Shown here one piece after another: positions 12,830 through 25,380 of a stretch of DNA of 64,000 bases; position 1 is the stretch's first letter, and each line of letters starts with the position of its first letter. This DNA comes from Psammoneis japonica (taxonomy: Eukaryota): the NCBI GenBank assembly GCA_008632985.1, contig QPGO01000001.1, forward strand, positions 714,404 through 778,403. The letters are read 5' to 3'. The notes under the pieces were generated by a model, which did no database searches, had not been told where the DNA came from, and saw only the letters and a list, made by a program, of their open reading frames with translations. Made by a program: the position numbers and the translations under genes.

Positions 12830-14620
12830 CCCCCCATGCCCCTGCTGCACTGCCACACAACATCGCCCGTGCAGCGCAACGAGCAATGCAACCTCCCGCC
12901 GCGACGCTGTGGATCACGCCATTGTTGTCCTTGTTGGCCGCTCCTCACTCACGCAGAAACCCTGCCACAACCTGCGTGCCGACACACATCACACCCACCA
13001 TCACACCCATCACACGCAGAAATCCCACCACGTTCTACGCTCCCGACACCACCATCATGATGACCGAAAACGCCCACCATGACGCAACTGGACGCGTTCC
13101 AGCCCCAGGTGGGACTCCGTGTGACATTGGGCCCGTAGAATTCTACGTGCGAGCTCCGTAGTGCAAGAATTTAACCAATGGACACATTCATCTTCAACAT
13201 CAAATAAACTGCCAAGTTTGTGGTGCAATCATGCCTCTTGCCACTCGACGTTTTTGCAAATGCACCTGCCCCACGCGATTCTTAAGACATTGTAGAATCG
13301 CGCTGTGACAAAAAATGTCAAAAGTTTTTGGACGGATCGCTCAATGAGTGCACCGTAAAATGACACAAAATGTCAAAAAATCACGTAGAATTCTACGTGC
13401 GCAACATGCGACGAGATTCAAAAAACCATCGATGTCACAGTTCAGCAGTGCGAGGTCCCACCTAGACCTGGAACGCGTCACCGCGTCCTCCCTCGACGCA
13501 TTTACCCTCCTCAACGACAACTCCTGCACCGACTCCGACTCTGACCCCGAAACTAATGAGTCAATCTTCGACACTGCGGACACCACCGACGCAGCATCCG
13601 CTCCCCACTCCCATCCGATCACGACATGCCTTGGGCCGACACCTCCATTGCTGCACCCCTCAACCCTGCAGACGACACCAAGCATGAATCCATCGACTGC
13701 CGCCGAGTCTCCTCCATCAAAATCAAGGACATTGCCCCGCCAGACGCGCCCCACCCCCAACCCGGATTTTGACGAATCTCAGTGCAGAAGCCGTCACGTC
13801 GTCACTCAGCATCAGCTTCTCACAGTGCTGCGCAAGCAGGCCACTGAACACCACCACACAGCCTTCCAGGACCTCCGCACCCGCATTGACACCCTGCAAG
13901 CCCAAATCCAAGCACAACACCCAACCGCATGTCTTGTTGGCAACCTCGCACCCGGCATCCTACCCCCACGAGCGATGCCTGGCACCTGCACGCACGCTCT
14001 TCCCTTTGCCGCCTCTCACCAACTGCGCCTCTCCTCCTCTTCCCTGTTTTCACAGGCCTGACAATTGGTGGGCACTGGTCCACACTAACTCGCCTCCGCC
14101 CCCTGCCCAACGGCGCGGTGCGATCACAACCCTCTTCCATTTTGTTGCACTTGCCCCTGCCACTGCCCGGCGCACGCGACAGGCAACGCGCCGGGTGGCA
14201 ATTTGTTGGAACCCTCACTGTCCCTCGGACCTGGCCAGACATGTGACCAACAATGTGGCAGGGATCAGCAGTGCCAGGGGACACGGACATCGCGCCTTCG
14301 GCGCGATGCGCCAGAAAACCTGGGGGGCCTCGCTGTGCAATGCAGCCCCAGGTTCCCTGCCATTCTTGAGACGACAGGGCGGGGTGACATTTGAGGAGCC
14401 CGTCCTGGGCACAACGTCCCGGGGACCTTTTCTGGACCTCAGCGGGCGCCCTTGACCATGCGCATCAAGGGCGCTGACTGCCTGCAGGAGACCAGGTTTT
14501 GGCCACATGGTGGCCCTCTGGAGGTGACACATGCTTTCGTGGTTGCTGGGGCCCCTGGCATGAACCAGGGAGAGCACAAAGGATGCTGCCGCCTCAGCCT
14601 GCTTAAAATAGATCCCACAC
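12830..14620. mobile_element. Unclassified insertion interrupting propeller copy 1
   Basis: Sequence absent from paralogous copy 2 between the matching flanks. Bounded by CA-rich runs; contains a nested MITE and a GC-rich hairpin. Confidence 0.6.
13091..13479 (+). mobile_element. MITE, GACGCGTT-TIR family
   Basis: TIRs GACGCGTTCCAGCCCCAGGTGGGA / TCCCACCTAGACCTGGAACGCGTC; flanks ACTG/ACCG (4-bp TSD with one CpG transition). Confidence 0.85.
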
Positions 14621-15264
14621 ACACACACACCTGTTGTGGTGACGAGGAAGCCGCGTGCGGTGTGGACAAGGCTTTGACTCCCCGCCATGTTGCTCATCGC
14701 CGCCAACAACAACGAGAGGAAGCATTGGAGACGGCTCCAAGTGCCGGTGCAGTCGCTGGAGCTTTTGCTGTTGGTCTCGGAGGACAGGAAGTTCAGCGTG
14801 GACGGGATGCTGACAATGTCACCCCAATGACAGCACCCGAAACAACACCGCCGATGCCTCAACCACTGCAGCCTCCCACTGCCAATGAGCCTCCCACACT
14901 CGCTGAAGCGCACTTGGCCGAACCGACAGAAGATGTGGAGGATTTGCAAGCACAAATGAATCAGATGCGACAACAAATCGCGCGTCTTGAAAAATCGGCT
15001 CCCGCCGCACAACAGGCAGAGGTTGCTCAGGTGGTTTTAACAGTTCCCAATGATGAGGAGCAGAATGCAGAGTCCGCAGGTGACGACAATGAAACACCCA
15101 TTGACAACAACGACAACCACGAAGAGATGGACAACAAGCGTCGTCGTCGTTGCAAATGCTTGGTTGTCATGGGAGCGGCAGTGTTGGTGGTTGCGGCGAT
15201 TGTTGGAGCTGTCGTTGCTGTGCTGTCAGGAGGTGGGGGGGGAGAAAGCGCCACTCGACCTGCC

Positions 15265-15483
15265 ACAGTTGCTCCCGCCACCCCATCTCCTACAGTGGCC
15301 CCCGCCACTCCGGCTGCTGCAGTTGCTCCCGCCACCCCATCTCCTGCAGTTGCTCCCGCCACTCCGCCTGCTACAGTTGCTCCCACCACTCCGGCTGCTG
15401 CAGTGGCTCCCACCACTCCGGCTGCTGCAGTGGCTCCCGCCACTCCGGCTGCTACAGTTGCTCCTGCCACTCCATCTCCCTCT
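15265..15483 (+). repeat. 27-bp coding tandem repeat, 8 units ((T/A)VAPATPxx stalk)
   Basis: TVAPATPSP TVAPATPAA AVAPATPSP AVAPATPPA TVAPTTPAA AVAPTTPAA AVAPATPAA TVAPATPSP; copy 2 has a single unit. Confidence 0.9.
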
Positions 15484-18219
15484 CCAATCATTGCACTTCC
15501 AAACGGTCCGTGGAATCCTGTCGACCAAGTCTTGCATGGCAAAGCTACAAGTGATCGTTTGGGCAATTCCGCACCCTTGTCTCGTGATGGCAGTGCCATG
15601 GCTGTTGGAGCAAATCAACGGTTATCTTCTTCCACTCTCCCCGGCTGTGTTGTTGTGCAATGATGCAACCCAAGCACCCAACAATGGGAACAAATTGGCC
15701 AAGAATTGATTGGACAAACGGACGGCGACCTTTTAGGAGATTCTGTTTCATTGGATGGCGACGGCACAATTCTTGTGGTTGGAGATCCATGGAATGACCA
15801 TGGCGGAACAAATGCCGGTCGTGTTCATGTGTTTGAATGCAACTCGGCATCGGATCTTTGGGGCCAACTCGGCAGCGACATTCTTGGACAGGACGCTGGT
15901 GGTTGGTTTGGTGCTTCTGTGTCGCTCTCGGACGTGGGAGACATTCTTGCCGCGGGAGCGCATCAGGATGACACGGAAAATGGCGTGAATTCTGGATCGG
16001 TTCGATTGTTTCAATTCGACCACGGATCCTCATCCTGGAACCAACTCGGACAAACACTCATCGGCCAAGCCTTCAATGATTGTTTTGGGTTTTCCGTCAC
16101 CTTGAATGCGCAGGGAACCATTGTCGGTGCTGGAGTGCATTTAAATGATTTGGGTGGAGACAATGTGGGTCAAGTGTCGGCACATGAACACAGTTCTGCC
16201 TCATCAACATGGAATCTGTTGGGTGATCCAATCAATGGACAAGTCAAATGTGGTTATCTTGGATTTTCTGTTTCTCTTGATGACAGCAGTTTGACAGCAG
16301 CCGTGGGGGCACCTCGAGAAGACAAGAGGGTTTTGCTTTATTCACATGACCACTCGACTTTGACATGGAATCAACGTGGCCAAACTCTCATGACACAACA
16401 GTCTGGTGATGATTTTAGATGGTCAGTGCCATTGAGTGGCAATGGAAACATCTTGGCAGTCGGAAGTCGGTTGCATGACATCAATGGATTGGATGAAGCA
16501 GGTCAAGTTCGAATCTTTCAGCACAACAGCAATGCAGGCAAATGGAAGCAAGTTGGAGATGCCACAAATGGCAAGGCTGATGGTGATCATTTTGGATGTT
16601 CCGTGTCCTTGTCGGCCGACGGAAGCGTCGTTGGAGTTGGCGCGAGTTGGGCTGATGTCAATGGTGGCAATTCGGGATCTGCACACGCATTCACAGCAAA
16701 TGACAAGCAGAAATGTATTTTGCATTTCATCCTCTTGTGTCACTCTCCATCGTGAGTCTGTGCGTCGACCGTTCTTCGTGCGCGCTCGCACGCACACGAA
16801 GGTCTCCTCATAGACTCTCATGGAAGTCAGACGGACAGTTTGTTACGATGCCTCCGGAATCCCCGCATGTTTCTGCATGTGCAAAAAACTTTTCTATGGA
16901 GAATTCTACACGAAACATGCCAGGAGGGCACGGCAACAAATTGCCTGCATGCGACCCTGGTGCATCATCCGTCTTGCTTCCGCGAGAGTCCATGAGGAGA
17001 CTTCGGGTGTGCGCGCACACGACAATGGTTGATGCACAGACTCACGATGGAGAGTGCTCTTGTGCCGCATCAATCACACTGTGTTTTTCTGGTTCTTGTG
17101 CATCGTGTCATCGTGTGCTTCCACCGCTCATTGAAAAAAAAAACAGGTCTGTCTGTCTCTCCACTTTTTGAGTCGTGCCATCCAAACACGAATCATCATC
17201 GCCTCTCGTTGAATTTCCATGATGGCAAAAACAAAAATCGCAACAACAACAAACAACATCAATGACAATGGCAACAATGACCACTGCATTTGAAGGACTG
17301 TTGCCTCGTGAGTGCACTCTGTCATTGTTGTGTTTGTTGTTGTGGACATTCTGCGATTGACTTTTGCACTGTTTTTCATGAGTCAAAGTCAATGCCGACT
17401 GACCGTGAAAATCATTGACACACTGCTGCTGCCATGTGCACCATGTCATTGTTGCAGACACACACATGCTCATGCTCACTCTCTCTTTCCCGCCACTGAC
17501 AACAGCGAAAAGGAAGGACAGTGTGTTGGAGGTTGGAGGTGGAAATGTCAACTGAGCAGCGCGGGAAAGCTCAGCTGCTGCCACCACTGCTGCTGTTGCA
17601 AACAGCAACAACAACAAAAGCTGCAATGATCTTGGAGGATGTTGATGTAAGAAGGGTTTGTTGAGCTGAATCAAAAAAGTCTGTCTGTCTTCCAACCCCT
17701 CCTGAATTGTCATCATTGCCTCTTGTTGAAAACAGCAAACAACCGCGCTGCTTGCATGACAACAATGGTGACCTCTTTGGCCTCCCACCCCCCATGACAA
17801 CACCACATGCGCATTCAGGCCTGGCCTTCCCACCCACCGCCAGCCCCCACCATGCCATGCTCCATTTTGTGCACCTTTTGGCCACCCTGTCCACCGCTGT
17901 TGGTGTCATCATCAAAAGTCTTTGCCCACTCCCACCATCACTGCCTCTCCCCCATCCTCAATCCTCACCTGTTGCCAACTGCAATTTCCACCCCATTTGC
18001 CACAACTGGAACAACTGCCCCATCTGTGCCACCTGCTGTCCTGCCTTTCTTTGCAAGGTCAAACAAGATGAAAACTTCAGCGACAAAGTGCAATGGCTCC
18101 CTCTCATGTCTGACACAATCACCAGCACCACATGTCAGAATGAACAGGGTGTGCAACACTGCACTCTTCCCTTCCATGACTTGAATCCTGAGAATCATGA
18201 GAGATTCAAAAATTCATGT

Positions 18220-21200
18220 TTCAGCTCAGTTTCCATGAGAGGAGCACAAGGGAAACCCAGGTGTTGGGGAGAAAACCCTCAACCTCAAATCTGACATGAT
18301 GGCATGGGCACCAAATGCCAATGCGTTCCACAACATGAGGTGCACATTGAACTTCAATGGTGCCGTTGGTGTGTGCACTTGAACAATGGGGTGGGAACCA
18401 CAAGCTGATGCTGGTTTGAGCTTGGTTGGATCAATCATTTTGAGAAGCACTTTTGTCCGCCAACCTGAAAGTCACAGGGTTGGCATTTGGCATTTGCACT
18501 GCACAGGTTTGCATTGACAAGAGCTTGGCAATGTTCTTGACCAGCGCCAGAAGATCTGGCTTCACATTGCATTGAGCGCCATTTTGCTCCAGGTGGCATC
18601 TTGAGAGCACGGGATGCCGCACATCACATGGCATGCACAGATGTGGCCAGAGTGGAGGGCGTGCATGAAGCAAAGTGCACAAGACATTGCCAACAATTTT
18701 TTGGTGCATGCATTTGCACGCTGCATTGGACTGTGCATTCCATGAGGTGCCAGGTGCATCATCAACTCCCGCTCTTTGTAGAAGCAATTGAAACTACTCT
18801 CCTGTAAATTTTTCACCACCATTGTCATGGATGCAACAGTCAGGTTGAAGACAACAACACAAGCAACAATTTTCAAATTGTCAAGCAACATGAGGTGAAG
18901 TTTTGTTTTCATTTCAGCAACATTTGACACCATGTCAACACAGGTCAACACATTGAGTTCAATCTCTTGGCCTTGGGTGTCAATCTTTCAACAAGATCAA
19001 CCGCTGCTTCAGACCAAGGCAGTGAAGATGCTGCACTTTCAGGCAAGTTTCCATGTCCAGGGCCCAAAGTTTTCAAACATTGACAATCAGCACAATGAGG
19101 TTCTTCACACACATGGCACAGTGCAGGATGATGAAAATGTGCGCCAACAGTGGAATGCATTTGATGCACCCCTGCATGTCCAAATCATGTTCAGCAATGC
19201 CATTGCATCATGTCAGGCAACAATGCAGCAGGAGTGCAGATTTTCCACAAAGTTGGAGGATCATTTGGCTGAGCCCGGTGACAAATCACAGGATGCTGAT
19301 TTACACATTCCACAACAAAATGATTCAGACTCTGTTGGCTGACACATGTTGTTCAACTCCATGTCAAAATTTGTGTTCCTGGATCTGTTGAACAGTGGCA
19401 GGATTTTGCATCTCGTCAAGGGATGGACAGTCCAGAAGCAAATCAAACAGCTCTGGATCATTCACAAAAGAAGAACAAAAGTGAGAAGGTTCTTCATGTT
19501 GACAGGCAAAATGACACACTGGACTTTGCTCGTCAGGCTCCTCTTCTTCTTCATGAGGTGGCATGGCAGCATCAATTGCCTCAAAATCTGTTAAATTGCT
19601 TTTGTTGGGAGCACACTTCCCTTTTGCAGGATTGTCCATGCAAGGCAATTGGGTGAAACAATCAGCCAGTGCATTTTCTTTGCCATCAATGTGCTCAAAT
19701 GCAGGTGCCAAAAAAATCCAAGAAGAGTTGCCACCTGAGTGCACATTGAGAATTGAGTGCGCAAAAGGCGAGGTTGTTGTGATTGGTGAAAACAGCACAA
19801 TTGCCTCCAAGCAGCATTGTGCAAAATTCCTTGAAGCACATCGCCACCACCAGAAGCTTTTTTCAATGGCAGAACAATTCTGCTGTGCCAAACTGAGTTT
19901 CTGCTGGGAGCAATGTGCAATTGGTTTTACTTTTTGGGCAATCACTGCACCCATTTGGCAGTCACAAGAGTCAGTGAAAATGTGGAAGGGTTTGTTGTGA
20001 TTGAGACAGGCCCAAAAAGTGTCATCCAAGAACGTTCCGGCATCCACGCCAATGTTCCCTTGCCTGTTGGCTTCATGAGAGGAGCGAGTGTGTGTGAGAG
20101 TGATGTGACCACAAAAGAGCACAGTTGCATCATGCTCCGCAGAGGTTGCACTCATGGCACAGCATCAACTTTTTATTCCATGGCTGAACTCCTCCTGTTG
20201 GTGCAAGCCAATGGCCCAGAAAATCAGTCTCTTGGACACACCACTTGTGGAGTTTGAGCAGATTGACCTTGAGATCATTCTCTTGTTCTAGTCTGATTGA
20301 CAACTTGTGTCAAGATGATGCATGTGTGCACAAAACAAATCATCAAATTGAACAATGTCATCAATGTGAGCCTCAACATCAAGGCCATTTGCCACTTTCT
20401 CAATGACAGCTTGAGCAATGTCTGGAGATGTTTTCAATCCCATCACAAGACAACAGCATCAAAATTTGCCCCAAGTGGGGTGACAACAGTGCAGGGGTCC
20501 TTGGGCTCTTTGTTTGAGCTTGACATGGCAGCAGAACATGGGTGAGGTCCAATTTGGTCCAATGTTTGCATCTTGAGCGGCAATGAATCATGTCTTGAAC
20601 AGCAGGCAGAGGACAAAATCTTGTGTTTGAGGAGTTTGTTCAACTGACCATCCTTTTTGGGTGCAACAAAGGCTCCAACTGCCCATTCTGTTGGACAACC
20701 CACTGGTTTCAATGCTGACGGGCTCCAGTCCTGGGTGGGACTCTGTGTGACATTGGGCTCACAGAGTTCTTCGTGCAAGCTCTGTGGCCAAGAACTCAAT
20801 TGATGGACATTTTAATCTTCAGCAACATGAAATGAACTGCCAATTTTGCAGTGCATTTGCACCTGTCCACACTCAATGTGTTTGAAAATCTGCCTGCCTT
20901 GTGCCATTCTTAACTCCAATTGCATCAGATGCCCTGTTTGAGGCCCACATGTGGGCCATAAAAACATGTGGCCCACACATGGGCCACAATTTTTTCAAAT
21001 CTTCTTCAACAACAGAGATGATCAATGAAAAGACCCCACAGTCAAATTCTCCACACCTGAAAACACAGGTGTTGACACTTCAGCTGTTGAAAAAGTCCCA
21101 CTGTTTGTTGTCATGGCCTCTAAAATGTGCTTGCTTTGTGTGCAATTTTTTGCTGATTTCTCCCTCCACCATGGCGGACCCTGCGGCTGGCCCCACTGGT

Positions 21201-23520
21201 GAAGGACATTCACTCCAGCAATCTCGGATGCCTGACAACATCATCAGGAAAATGTCAGATGTGTCAGAATTGCTTGCAGCAGGAACAGACATGCCTTTTT
21301 TGCCTGTTCAAGACATGCCTCAAAACCCGGAATTGCACTCTGCTGCCAAAGCACCCTCTGTTCCCATGCATGCCACCCATCCAAGTCTTCCTGTGGAACC
21401 ACCAGTGGCCAAGAGAGCTCAGGTGCAATTCAGCTTTGCCAAACACAAAGTTCACTGTGTTTCTGACATGAATGGCCAGTGCTTGCATCCTCAATGCCAG
21501 CTGCTGCACTCCACTGTGGAAAGCATCGCTGGCATCAACAAGGGTGGAGTCAGCTGTCTGTCTCATTTTTGGTGCACAAGGCAGTGCAACAAAGACAGGC
21601 CAGACAAATTCCAAGTGGGCTTCATTGTGCTGGGTGCTGGTAGATGCCCTTCAGCATTTTGTTCTCTGTGTGGTCAACTGTTGCATCCATTTTAGAGCAT
21701 CAGGCTGAGAACAGACACACGGATGAATTTTTGTTCTGTCAGTGCAAATGGGGTGCAAAGAGATGCACTGTTGAGTTGCTTTGCTGGGAGAGCAAGGCAA
21801 GTCCAATTTTAAGTGAAACAAGCACACAAAGATGGGGCACACTTTTAGCAGCCTCAGTGTGCATGCAGCACAAGCACATGTCACCTTCTGACAATCATTT
21901 GCACAGTGCAGGAGGTCCAGCAACTGTTCTCACAGTGTCAAGAACCACTCCATTTCAGACTTGGCAACAAAAGATCTGAGAACTTTTTTCACATTTCCTC
22001 TGCACCTGTTTGTGCTTCTTGTCCCATTGGCCCACTCATTTGATGTCTGCCCAAAATGTGCAAATGCAAGTGACAAACCAACTGAGCACCATCCAAGCCA
22101 TTGTTGTTGACAATGAGCTTTGGGAGTTGCTGCCACCTGTTTGTCTTCAGTGGCTTTCACATTCATCTCTTTGTGTTCTTCTTCCTCATCCTCTGCACCT
22201 TCATGTGCTGTCGTTTCTTCCTTGGCCACTTTGGGCTTGTCACCCTCTTCTTGCTCATGGCTCGTGGCTGCTGCTCAAGTCATTGCCAGCTGCTGCATGT
22301 TTGTCCTCAATGTTGCTTTCATCAGCTGAGCCAATTGTCTTGTCTGGAACAAACGCACATTGTTGGACATTGTGTCATCCTCTTCTGAAGAGCTCATTGC
22401 TCAAAACAGACACAACATTGATGTTTCCCATCAAAATGGCAAAAAGATGACCTTTGTTTTAAGAATTGTGGCCAATTTGTGCCCCACACGTGGGTCACAA
22501 AAATTTGCAATCAGAATTTTGCAGCACAGATGCGGGCCACAAAATTGCACTTCAGGCGTCTGATGCAATTGGTGTCAAGACATTTGTGAATGGCATGGCA
22601 CAGAAGAAAAAAATGTAAAAGTTTCACTGCACAATGATGCAAAATTTGACCAAAGTCAGGCAGATGTGTGCATGTGCAACATGTGGTGAGATCCAAAAAA
22701 ACCCATTGATGTCACAGTTCAGTGGCATGAGGTCCCACCCAGAGCTGGAACACATCTGCTTTGACATTGCAAAGATGCTTCACTTTTTTCTTGAACAATG
22801 CTTCATCATTCTTTGACACTTCACAGGCTCAAGAGTGGAAGGGAAAAGCATTGGGATCAACTTCCAACTTCCAAATGAACAGCTTCATGCAGACATTTTG
22901 CTGAATGTGCCATCAAAAAGAGGTTCATGCCTTTCAAGCATTGCTTGCAGTTTGTTGCTCTGCTCAGGGGCTGGATGAGTTTGAGCTTGTGCTGCCCTTT
23001 CTGTCGAAACTTTTTTGCACTTGGTGTCCAACATGCAGCTCTTGCCCAACAGCTCTTCTTCAAATTTGTTGCTGTCCTCATGGTCGTCAAGCACATCCAA
23101 CCAACTCTGCACTCAATTCCAATGATCAGACTGGTGCTTCATTGGGATCAACACATCAAACCACTTGTTGATGACTCCAAATCAAGAACAGAGTGCCTTT
23201 CCTGCTGTCGCCAAAAAATCTTGACCTAAAATCACATCAAGTTTTTGGACTTGCAGTGTGCTGAGGGGGGGAAATGGCACTCAGCGCTTGCAAAGTGGAC
23301 AAAAAGAGCAAAAAATGATCAAATTTTGTGTGCTGTGCATTGCATTTGACTGTCACAAAAAGCTTGCTTGTGGCATGCAAAGGAGGTTTCTCCAGTGTTG
23401 ACATTGTGCCACCACATCAAAAAATCTTTCTTGAGCCACCAACTCATCAAAAAAATGTTCTTTGCTGCTGTGAGCACAGTGCTCTGACCAGAGCCAGTGC
23501 AGCTCTCTCCAAAAAGCTTT
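18220..23520 (-). mobile_element. Decayed Ty3/Gypsy pol (RT, RNase H, integrase)
   Basis: LERHEPLFDGT; TEWAVGAFVAPKKDG; RNase H KPFHIFTDSCDCQMGAVIAQKVKPIAHCSQQKLSLAQQNCSAIEK and HIDGKENALADCFTQLP; integrase NAQSNAACKCMHQKIVGNVLCTLL and HTNGTIEVQ...VVERIGI. Domain order RT-RH-IN. Confidence 0.9.
20717..22756 (+). mobile_element. 2-kb old copy of the GACGCGTT-TIR DNA transposon nested in the Gypsy RT
   Basis: Left end GACGGGCTCCAGTCCTGGGTGGGACTCTGTGTGACATTGGG and right end GGTCCCACCCAGAGCTGGAACACATC align with the 13091 MITE; exact 4-bp TSD TGCT (20713-16, 22757-60). Confidence 0.85.
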
Positions 23521-24099
23521 GAATGGAGTCATGGTCTCTCACACAGCTCCTTGCCCAACTGCTTCTGTGATGGCATTGTCGGCAACATTGTGCCATGTGA
23601 AGCAATGATGGTGCTGCAATGAAAACAACTTGGCCCACCCTCATTCTGACCCCCAGCAACCTCTTGCAATCAAAGGTGCGTTGAGATGGGCTCATCTCAT
23701 CCTGCTGTGCTCAACAGAGCAAGTGTGAGAGCTTCCACCCTCTGTCATTCAGTCATGTCAGTCATGACCCCAAGCATGGCATTGAGGAGGGTTGGGCAGG
23801 ACATTTTTGTTGTCTCCACTTCCTCCCACATCATGACAAGAACACTGGTTGACTTGGATTCCAGAGTGTTGGCAGAGCTCCAGTTGAAAAGTCATTTTGT
23901 CTCTGTCTCAAGCACAATTGAAGAGAAATCTTCTAGACATCATCCAGTGTGAAAGCAGCCATGCTGAGGGGTTGGGAGTTGGGCATGCCAGCACTGCTTT
24001 GAGGGTCACTTGGTCACAAGTTTTACCTTCACATGATGCAATGGTGGGTGCTGCCAGCCAGTGCATCAGGGGCAGCACCAATGCCCTTGCATGGGCTCA

Positions 24100-25380
24100 G
24101 GAATGGCCAGTTGTTGCCTTCACTTCTGCTGTGATTGCAGCTTTTGCTTTGAGAATGTTTTCTCATTTGAGGCAAACTTCTTTTGCTCTGGCCATTGCCA
24201 CTGCTTTTGCTGCCTGTCCTCACACACATTTTTTCTTCACGCATCAAGAGAAAAACACCCCAGACATTGTGCGGGCTCTGACAACTGCCCATTGTGGCTG
24301 GTCATCACACAAAAGAGCAAATCAAAATTGCTCTTCTTGTGATGCAACAGCTCATTTTTCTCAACAACTTAATGACAACAAAAGTGACAACCCCCACTGC
24401 CATGGTGTGGCAAACGCCCCCCCAAGCAACCAAAAAATGGCAAATTTTGAATCAACATGAGCTGCTCCAGTTGAAGTGCTGGTTGTGCTTCAAGCAGGTT
24501 CCGAAAGCTGCCAAGGCTGAAAATCAAGTCGACACACACTCCCCAGTCCCAAACCCAACAGGAGCAACAAGACTTCTTCCAGGAAACTGCTGCAGGTTTG
24601 TGGCAGAGTGCATCTGTGAAAACAGCTCATCAGGGAACAGAGCAAGCACGGCAGCTCATGCAAGGAGAGACATCAGGCAACAACAAACACACAAGTTTGT
24701 TTTGTTGGATCAGCTGCGATGGGCCACAATTGTGGCCTGCAGACACCGCTCTCTCCCACTCTCAAAACAGCCACAACTTGCGCGCACATTTTTTTGATCC
24801 AAACACTCAGCAGCACACAGGCTTCAAGCTTCACCAACAAACCCTTTGTCCTCTGGGTCAAATTGCATGAGAAGCAAGCACACACTTCTTTTTTAAGAGA
24901 GTGGAGTGCGTTTGTTTGGAGTTGCGCAACAAGCATGTGGGTGAGTTGGGGCGCGATTGCCACTGAGAAAGTTCGCCCGCCTGACATCGACTCGCGTGCA
25001 GCGCCGCAGCAAGCAGCAACACCATGATGGATGATCATGACACAGGCAATCAAAACAACAACTCACTCTCACGCCACAACGACAGAACGCAACCTCCAGC
25101 AAGAGGCAGAGCAATGGGCTCACATCATTGCTGACATGCTAGACCTGTGACGACTTTGACGGCCGGCTATCCGAACCCTCGTGTCAGTGCTGACGTCAAT
25201 CCCGTTCTCATCGCTCACTCGTGTCACACACCACCATCAATGCACGATGAGAAACATGGCAGAGTCTGTGCAGTACAAGAGCTGTCGTAGATTATATGGT
25301 GCCAACTGCAGGGATCGTGCAAAAGGGTGAATCGACTTCTCATAGTTCTCTCATACTTTTCAGCAACATTCATCATCATT
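24100..25380 (+). repeat. Duplicated upstream block of the propeller family (copy B)
   Basis: Colinear with 11140-12775. Confidence 0.85.

Larger units (their letters stand above)
12776..16710 (+). pseudogene. FG-GAP-like beta-propeller membrane protein, copy 1 (hypermutated, split by a ~1.8 kb insertion)
   Basis: N-terminus MNRSNKKVTPSKHSDCD at 12776 matches copy 2; homology resumes at ~14630 (DEEAAC). Then AGAFAVG, TM helix CLVVMGAAVLVVAAIVGAVVAVLS, a P/T/A stalk and G.SVSL..DG..LAVGA repeats. Premature TGA at 15661; ancestral stop TAG changed to CAG at 16708-16710. Confidence 0.9.
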
